Source of the DNA: Deltaproteobacteria bacterium | GTDB lineage: Bacteria; Myxococcota_A; Polyangia; Polyangiales; Houyiibacteriaceae | DNA: 12,905 bases | Assembly (NCBI GenBank): GCA_034670305.1 | Contig: JAXMNT010000094.1 | Coordinates: 1 to 12,905, forward strand | Direction of reading: 5' to 3' | Shown: positions 7,358-12,905 of the stretch, one piece after another | Position numbering within the stretch: the stretch's first letter is position 1 | How the letters are laid out: each line of letters begins with the position of its first letter | Position numbers and translations under genes: made by a program | The notes under the pieces: model-generated | What the model saw: the letters and a program-made list of their open reading frames with translations, nothing else | Told to the model about the DNA's origin: nothing | Database searches by the model: none

Positions 7358-8737
7358 TCAGCTCTCACGCACGCCGTACCGCTTCGCGAGTTCCCGCAAA
7401 TGGTACCGGGTCAGACCGGCGGCTTGTGCGCTTCGGGTGATGTTGCCGCCGTGTTTGTCGAGCAAGGACTTCAAGTAGGCCGCTTCGAACGTGTCGAGCA
7501 CCTTCTGTTTCGCTTCTTTGAAGGGCACGTCGTCCTCCACGAACTGCTCGGCCGTGCCGCCGGGAAGCGTCAGCGGCGGCGTCTTCTGGGACGATGGCAT
7601 CAGGTCGCGGATGCCGAGCTCGGTGCCATCGGCGAGAGAAGCCGCCCGCTCGATGGTGTTCTTCAACTCGCGCACGTTGCCCGGCCAGGGGTAGGACTTC
7701 AGACGCGCCATCGCGTCGGGGGTCACCGTGAAACGTTTGGTGGGATCGTCCGGGAAACAGCGCGCGGTGAACTCTTTCAGGAACGCGTCGACCAACAGGG
7801 TGACGTCTTCCGGTCGCTCGCGAAGCGGCGGCAACTCCACCTGGACCACGCTGAGCCGGTAGTAGAGGTCCTCGCGGAACGTTCCTTCGTTCACCATCTG
7901 GCGGAGATCGCGGTTGGTCGCGGCCACGACCCGGCAGTGCACCGAGATGGTCTTGTCGCCGCCCACACGTTTGACCTCACGGTTCTCGAGGACCCGCAGC
8001 AGCTTCGGTTGGAGCGAGAGATCGAGTTCACCGATCTCGTCCAAGAAGATGGTGCCGCCCTCCGCCTGTTCGAAGCTGCCCTTGTGCCGGTCGGTCGCGC
8101 CGGTGAACGCGCCGCGCTCGTGGCCGAAGAGCGTGCTCTCGATGAGGTCCTTCGGAATCGCGCTGCAGTCCTGAACGACGAGCGGCTGCGACGCGCGGGG
8201 CGATGCTTGGTGGATGCCGCGCGCCACGAGCTCCTTGCCCGTGCCGGTCTCGCCGCGCACCAGCACCGTCAGATCCGCGGCGGCGACCTTCTCGAGCACC
8301 GCGAATATCTCCCGCATGCGCACGCTCTTGCCGCGCAACTCGAAGAAGCGGTCCTTCTGCGAGAGCTCGATCTCGACTTCGCCCTTTTGCGCTTCGAACT
8401 CGATGCGGGTCTGTCCGAGCGACACTGCGGTGCCCGGCTTGATCCAGACTTCGCGGATCTGGAGATCGCCGACGCGGCTGCCGTTGGTCGAGTCGAGGTC
8501 CTTGAGCAAGAACCCCTTCTCCGTCGCGATGATCTCCACGTGGGTGCCGCTGACCGACTTGTCCTCCAGCACCAGGTCGCAGATCACCGAGCGGCCGATG
8601 GTCACGCGCTCGCGCTCGATCACCAGCTCTTTGCCCTTGTCGGGCCCAGACGTCACGATCAGCTTGGCCTTCTTGAGGCGCCTTTTGGTCGCTTTGCTGT
8701 CGACGAAGATGGTCGTCAGGCCGGGGTTGTCCGCCAT
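7358..8737 (-). CDS. FHA-domain sigma-54 enhancer-binding transcriptional activator (FHA-AAA+-HTH)
   Basis: FHA TIGRS...SVSGTH...DLDSTNGS; Walker A GETGTGKE; GAFTGA; Walker B FLDEIGE; RVVAATNRDL; FREDLYYRL; WPGNVREL; C-terminal Fis-like HTH GGNITRSAQAAGLTR. Confidence 0.95.
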   Translation of the reverse strand: MADNPGLTTIFVDSKATKRRLKKAKLIVTSGPDKGKELVIERERVTIGRSVICDLVLEDKSVSGTHVEIIATEKGFLLKDLDSTNGSRVGDLQIREVWIKPGTAVSLGQTRIEFEAQKGEVEIELSQKDRFFELRGKSVRMREIFAVLEKVAAADLTVLVRGETGTGKELVARGIHQASPRASQPLVVQDCSAIPKDLIESTLFGHERGAFTGATDRHKGSFEQAEGGTIFLDEIGELDLSLQPKLLRVLENREVKRVGGDKTISVHCRVVAATNRDLRQMVNEGTFREDLYYRLSVVQVELPPLRERPEDVTLLVDAFLKEFTARCFPDDPTKRFTVTPDAMARLKSYPWPGNVRELKNTIERAASLADGTELGIRDLMPSSQKTPPLTLPGGTAEQFVEDDVPFKEAKQKVLDTFEAAYLKSLLDKHGGNITRSAQAAGLTRYHLRELAKRYGVRES

Positions 8738-9447
8738 CAGGTGCCTTTGGCCACGGTCTCTACGGTTGGAAGGACGGACATCGCGTCCGCTCGAATCGCA
8801 GCGATGGCTGCGCGGTAGTCAGATTGCCCGTAGATCGCGCTGCCCGCCACGAGTACGTCTGCGCCGGCCGCCACGACCTGGGCCGCCGTGCCGGGCTTGA
8901 TGCCGCCGTCGACCTCGATGTGGATGGGATGGCTCTGCTGGTTGGCGAGCGCACGCAGAGCGCGGATCTTGGGCAATACGTCCGGCAGGAAGGATTGGCC
9001 GCCGAATCCAGGGTTCACACTCATCACCAGGACCAGGTCGAGGTAGGGCCAGACGTACTTCAGCACATCCTCGCTGGTGTGGGGGTTCAACGACACCCCG
9101 GCCAGTTTGCCCCGCTCCCGGATCTGCGTGAGCGTGCGCTGCAGGTGTACGCAGGCCTCGGCGTGCACGGTGATGACGTCCGCACCAGCGTCGGCGAAGG
9201 CGTCCACGTACCGCTCGGGCTCCACGATCATCAGATGCACGTCGACGGTGCGGGTGGCGGCTGCAGCCACCGCCTTCACGACCGGTGGGCCGATCGTGAG
9301 GTTGGGCACGAAGCGCCCGTCCATCACGTCCACGTGGATCCAGTCGGCGCCCGCGTCCTCCACCGCCCGGATTTCGTCGGCCAAATGCCCGAAATCCGCA
9401 GAGAGAATGGACGGAGCGATGCAGATGGGTGCGTCGGGGCCGCTCAC
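8737..9447 (-). CDS. rpe: Ribulose-phosphate 3-epimerase
   Basis: IAPSILSADFG, WIHVDVMDGRFVPNLTIG, DVHLMI, MSVNPGFGGQSF, IEVDGGI, LVAGSAI. GTG 9447 is the inferred start; the stop overlaps the next ATG (TGATG). Confidence 0.97.
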   Translation of the reverse strand: MSGPDAPICIAPSILSADFGHLADEIRAVEDAGADWIHVDVMDGRFVPNLTIGPPVVKAVAAAATRTVDVHLMIVEPERYVDAFADAGADVITVHAEACVHLQRTLTQIRERGKLAGVSLNPHTSEDVLKYVWPYLDLVLVMSVNPGFGGQSFLPDVLPKIRALRALANQQSHPIHIEVDGGIKPGTAAQVVAAGADVLVAGSAIYGQSDYRAAIAAIRADAMSVLPTVETVAKGT

Positions 9448-9581
9448 CGCCGACAAGTACGCCGGTCGCCGGTCGCCCGTCAAGCATCGCCGGGTGGTCG
9501 GTTGTCCCGAGGGTTGGGTCCTTCCGGTCGCGCTGGGGTGCATTCGGCCCGAGTTCTCGGGCGCCCTGGGCGATCGACAGC

Positions 9582-9611
9582 TTGACCTCGCGAACCCAGG
9601 CAGATCACAAT
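9582..9611 (+). promoter_or_regulatory. Candidate sigma70-type promoter for the kinase operon
   Basis: TTGACC (9582-9587), 18-nt spacer, CACAAT (9606-9611), about 48 bp upstream of ATG 9659. Confidence 0.55.
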
Positions 9612-9658
9612 CCCGGACGCTCCGGGCCGGTCGAAGGACACCCGGGGTCCGCCCACCC

Positions 9659-11068
9659 ATGGCCGAACAACGATACCGCGTCATCAGACGGCTCGAAGCT
9701 GGCGGCATGGCCGAGGTCTTCGTCGGAGAGACCCAGAGCCTCCAGGGCTTCAAGAAGAAGGTCGCGATCAAACGCGTCCTGCCGCACCTCGCCCAGAACG
9801 AGGGCTTCATCGGGATGTTCCTCGACGAAGCCCGTCTCGGCGCGCGGCTGAACCATGCCAACATCGTCTCGGTCTTCGATATCGGCGCCGCCGACGGCAC
9901 CTACTTCATCGTCATGGAGTACGTGGATGGCTGCAACCTCAAGAAGATCATCGAGGTGCTGCGCAAGGCCGGCCGCACCGTGCCCCTCAAAGAAGCGCTC
10001 TACATCTGCATGGAGGCGTGCCGAGGGCTCAGCTACGCGCACGAGCTGACCGACGAAGACGGCTCCGACTTCGAGCTCGTGCACCGAGACGTCTCCCCGC
10101 CGAACATCCTCATCTCGCGGCGGGGCGAGATCAAAGTCACCGACTTCGGCCTCGCCAAAGCGACGACCCAGCTCGAGAAGACCGACCCCGGCGTCGTCAA
10201 AGGCAAGTTCAGCTACCTCTCGCCCGAAGCCGCGTCCGGTGAACCGGCCGACGAGCGCGCGGACATCTTCGCGCTCGGCATCGTGCTCTGGGAGATGCTC
10301 GCGGGCCGGCGCCTCTTTCTCGGCGAGACCGACTACCAGACGGTGAAGCTGGTCCAGCAGGCCGACGTGCCGAGCCTGGTGACGATCAACTCCGAGGTCG
10401 ACGCGGAGTTCGAGAAGGTGCTGCTCAAGTGCCTCGCCCAGGACAAGCGCGTTCGTTTCCAGACCGCGCGGGAGTTCGGCGACGCGCTCGCGGACTACCT
10501 GTTCGGACACCAGATGAAGGTGACGTCGTACGACATCGCCAACCTGGTGAAGTTCACGCTCGAGCAGACCCCGGTCGAGACCAAGTCCGGCTCGCAGCAG
10601 TCGGTCATCGACCAGCTCATCCAAGAAGAGCTGCTTCGCTTCACTTCGCTCGACGACGTCGACGAAGAGAGCGTGGCCGGCGCGGTGCTGAGCCCCGACG
10701 ACGTGGTCGGCGCGCAGCCGCTCGACGCCGGACTCTTCGAGAACCCCCAGGACTGGTTCAGCGACGACGACGAGGTCGCCGCCGCGTTCGATCAGGCCGC
10801 GACCGACAACCACGACTCGGAGCCGGGCTGGCGGGAGTCGGGCCTCGAGGGCCTGGCCGGGACCCTCGAACAAGACCTGATCCCGGTGGACCCGATCCCG
10901 GTCGAGCCACTCGTGGAACACGCACCGCCGCCCACCGGCAACCGACCGGTCGCGATTCCGACCGAGACCGCACCCGCCAAGAGCGGCGGCAGCGGCGCCA
11001 TCATCATGCTGCTCTTGCTCTTGCTCGCCGGTGGCGGCGCCGCGGCTTACTTCTTCCTCGGGATGTAG
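9659..11068 (+). CDS. Hanks-type Ser/Thr protein kinase with acidic linker and C-terminal membrane anchor
   Basis: EAGGMAEV, VAIKR, FLDEAR, HRDVSPPNIL, TDFGLAK, GKFSYLSPE, DIFALGIVLWEML; terminal AIIMLLLLLLAGGGAAAYFFLGM. ATG 9659 gives 469 aa. Confidence 0.95.
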   Translation: MAEQRYRVIRRLEAGGMAEVFVGETQSLQGFKKKVAIKRVLPHLAQNEGFIGMFLDEARLGARLNHANIVSVFDIGAADGTYFIVMEYVDGCNLKKIIEVLRKAGRTVPLKEALYICMEACRGLSYAHELTDEDGSDFELVHRDVSPPNILISRRGEIKVTDFGLAKATTQLEKTDPGVVKGKFSYLSPEAASGEPADERADIFALGIVLWEMLAGRRLFLGETDYQTVKLVQQADVPSLVTINSEVDAEFEKVLLKCLAQDKRVRFQTAREFGDALADYLFGHQMKVTSYDIANLVKFTLEQTPVETKSGSQQSVIDQLIQEELLRFTSLDDVDEESVAGAVLSPDDVVGAQPLDAGLFENPQDWFSDDDEVAAAFDQAATDNHDSEPGWRESGLEGLAGTLEQDLIPVDPIPVEPLVEHAPPPTGNRPVAIPTETAPAKSGGSGAIIMLLLLLLAGGGAAAYFFLGM

Positions 11069-11069
11069 G

Positions 11070-11993
11070 GTGCTGCAGCGACTGCTGCCGCTGGCGCGCA
11101 CGCACGCGCGATGGCGCCCCCGGACCGACGCGCCCAGCGAGGACGCCGTCCGGGTCCGTTGGTTGGGGACCGCCGGGCACGTGGTGCAGACCGCCACGAC
11201 CACGGTGCTGCTCGATCCGTTTCTGACCCGGCCGGGCATCCGCCGGATGATCGCGCGGCCGCTCCGAAGCACCCCCGACGCGTGGGCCCGCTGGGTGCCG
11301 GAGAAGGTCGATGCGGTCTGTTGTGGACACAGTCACTACGACCACCTGCTCGACGCACCCGGCATCGCCCTGCGGACCGGCGCGACGCTGATCGGATCCG
11401 GCACGACGATTCAGTTCGCGCGCGCGGAGGGGGTCCCAGAATCGCAACTGGAAGAGGTGCCGCCCGAAGGCCGCGTGGTGCGGATCGGCGACGTCGAGGT
11501 TCGATTCGTGCCGAGCCTCCACGGCCGCATCGCACTGGGCCGGGTGCCCTTCCCCGGCGAGGTGAAGCAGCCGCCCCGCCTGCCCGCGCGCGCGTGGCAC
11601 TACCGGATGGGGGGTGCGTTTGGGGTGCATCTGACGACGCCCTTCGGCCGGCTCTACCACAACGGATCCGCGGACCTCGTCGACGCGGAGCTCGAAGGAT
11701 TGAAAGCCGAGACCTTGCTGGTGGGGTTGGCGGGCCGGTTCGCGACGCGCGACTACCTGAAACGTTTGGTCGAGGCGCTCGAACCGGAACTGCTCGTACC
11801 GACCCACCACGACGCGTTCTTCGGGCCGCTCGAAGCGGGTCTGCGCCACCTGCCCGGGATCGACCTGTCGGGGTTCGTCTCCGAGGCGCACGTGCTCGCC
11901 CCGCGGGCGGCGTTCGTGGCCCCCACCTACGGCGATGTGTTGCATGTACCGCGGGACGCGCGCGCGGCAGCGTTTTCGGAGTGGCGGTCTTGA
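11070..11993 (+). CDS. Metallo-beta-lactamase-fold metallo-hydrolase (UlaG/Lactamase_B_2-like)
   Basis: VRWLGTAG, LLDPFLTRP, metal-binding GHSHYDHLLD, PSLHG, YHNGSAD, PTHHD. GTG 11070 lies 1 nt after the kinase stop. Confidence 0.88.
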   Translation: MLQRLLPLARTHARWRPRTDAPSEDAVRVRWLGTAGHVVQTATTTVLLDPFLTRPGIRRMIARPLRSTPDAWARWVPEKVDAVCCGHSHYDHLLDAPGIALRTGATLIGSGTTIQFARAEGVPESQLEEVPPEGRVVRIGDVEVRFVPSLHGRIALGRVPFPGEVKQPPRLPARAWHYRMGGAFGVHLTTPFGRLYHNGSADLVDAELEGLKAETLLVGLAGRFATRDYLKRLVEALEPELLVPTHHDAFFGPLEAGLRHLPGIDLSGFVSEAHVLAPRAAFVAPTYGDVLHVPRDARAAAFSEWRS

Positions 11994-12784
11994 ACTGGGA
12001 TCTGTACTGGCGGTTCGAAGCATTCCGCCGCGCCTGCGACCCGCTCGACTTCCGGAAGTGGAAACGCGACAGCCAGCGCGCGCTGCGCGGGCTGTACCCG
12101 GGACCCGACGTGCGGCTGCTCGACGCGACGGCGGGCATGGGCGACCACACCGTGAACCTCGCCGAGGAGGGCTTCGTCGTGGAGTGCACCGACGAGAGCC
12201 CTCGCGCGCGCGCGATGACCCGGGCGGCGCTGGACGAAGCCGGTCTGCAGGTGCCGGTGCACGACGTGCGGTGGCAGGACCTCGGCGACGCGATGCCGGG
12301 CCGCTTCGATCTGATCTTCAACGACGCGCTCCACTGGACCTACGACGAAGAAGAGATGCGCGCAGCGTTGCGCGGGACGCTCGGTGCGCTGCGGCCCGGC
12401 GGCGCGCTCGTCTTCTTCTTCGCGGACGCACGGAAACCAGCGGAGGACAGCGGCCGTCGGCTGCTGGAGCTCGAGTGGGGACCGAAGTCGGCGCCGCGGC
12501 TCGGCTGGTCGCACGCCACCCCGCAATGCGAAGTGACCCTCACCCTCCATGCGACGAAGGGATCCGATCACATCGACGAACACCACGTCTACCTCGAACG
12601 CGATCTGGAGAGCGGCGCCGTGCAGCCGAGCGTGCTGACCATGCGCCACGTCTACCGATGGGACTGGTTCCATCTCGTGCCGATGCTCGAAGAAGCCGGG
12701 TTCGTGGATGTGCGCAGCGACGTCTTCCCGAACGTGGCCAAGGGCTACGACTTCGCAATGAACCGGGCCTTCCGACCAGCCTAG
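11990..12784 (+). CDS. Class I SAM-dependent methyltransferase
   Basis: Motif I LLDATAGMGDH, VECTDES, RFDLIFNDALHW, LRPGGALVF. Probable TTG start at 11990 overlaps the MBL stop (TTGA), with GGAG at 11978-11981; GTG 11981 is an alternative. Confidence 0.85.
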   Translation: MNWDLYWRFEAFRRACDPLDFRKWKRDSQRALRGLYPGPDVRLLDATAGMGDHTVNLAEEGFVVECTDESPRARAMTRAALDEAGLQVPVHDVRWQDLGDAMPGRFDLIFNDALHWTYDEEEMRAALRGTLGALRPGGALVFFFADARKPAEDSGRRLLELEWGPKSAPRLGWSHATPQCEVTLTLHATKGSDHIDEHHVYLERDLESGAVQPSVLTMRHVYRWDWFHLVPMLEEAGFVDVRSDVFPNVAKGYDFAMNRAFRPA

Positions 12785-12842
12785 CAGGTCGCTGAAAAGC
12801 GACCTGCTCCCTTGCCGTTGCCCTTGCCCGTGCCCTTGCCCG
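12781..12842 (+). repeat. Composite hairpin/hexamer-tract element, copy D (overlaps the methyltransferase stop)
   Basis: CTAG, then perfect 11-bp stem AGCAGGTCGCT-GAAA-AGCGACCTGCT (12783-12808), then CCCTTG CCGTTG CCCTTG CCCGTG CCCTTG CCCG (12809-12842). Confidence 0.92.
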
Positions 12843-12905
12843 CGTCGTGGACGCCGTGTGTTTCGCGACGGCGAGGCGCGAATCGGAGCGCGATGCCCAG
12901 CGGAC

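Noticed and set aside
9077-9900. N-terminal extensions of the kinase (from 9077) and rpe (from 9900) in the ORF track; likewise 11111-11989 for the methyltransferase
   Set aside because: They overlap neighbouring real genes. Recognisable domains start at about 9659, 9447 and 11990.
12783-12808. Classical Rho-independent terminator call for the hairpins at 100-120, 3742-3781 and 12783-12808
   Set aside because: None is followed by a U-rich tract. They are treated as part of the composite repeat, although a termination role is not excluded.
57-12842. CRISPR array, or a composite transposon bounded by the repeat copies
   Set aside because: There is no repeat-spacer periodicity and no cas, transposase or integrase gene. 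The enclosed genes are core housekeeping and signalling genes.

Overview
GC-rich window that is mostly ordinary housekeeping and signalling genes, probably from a myxobacterium (inferred from the FHA-sigma54 activator, the eukaryote-like Ser/Thr kinase and the high GC). Gene order: 3' end of a probable four-helix-bundle protein gene; DEDDh 3'-5' exonuclease (+); then on the minus strand phoR, phoB, ychF, a HEWG-motif lipoprotein, a divergent ketopantoate-reductase-like protein, an FHA-sigma54 enhancer-binding protein and rpe; then, divergently on the plus strand, a tail-anchored Ser/Thr kinase, an MBL-fold hydrolase and a class I SAM methyltransferase. The most unusual signal is non-coding. 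A composite element, TAG + hairpin containing GCTGAA + (CCCTTG)n hexamer tract, occurs three times (57-131, 3695-3781, 12781-12842), with a possible remnant at 2824-2836. Each full copy lies right at a gene's 3' end, and one directly follows the putative four-helix-bundle gene. A second, unrelated structured REP-like element lies upstream of ychF. No database searches could be run, so all family calls come from motif recognition.
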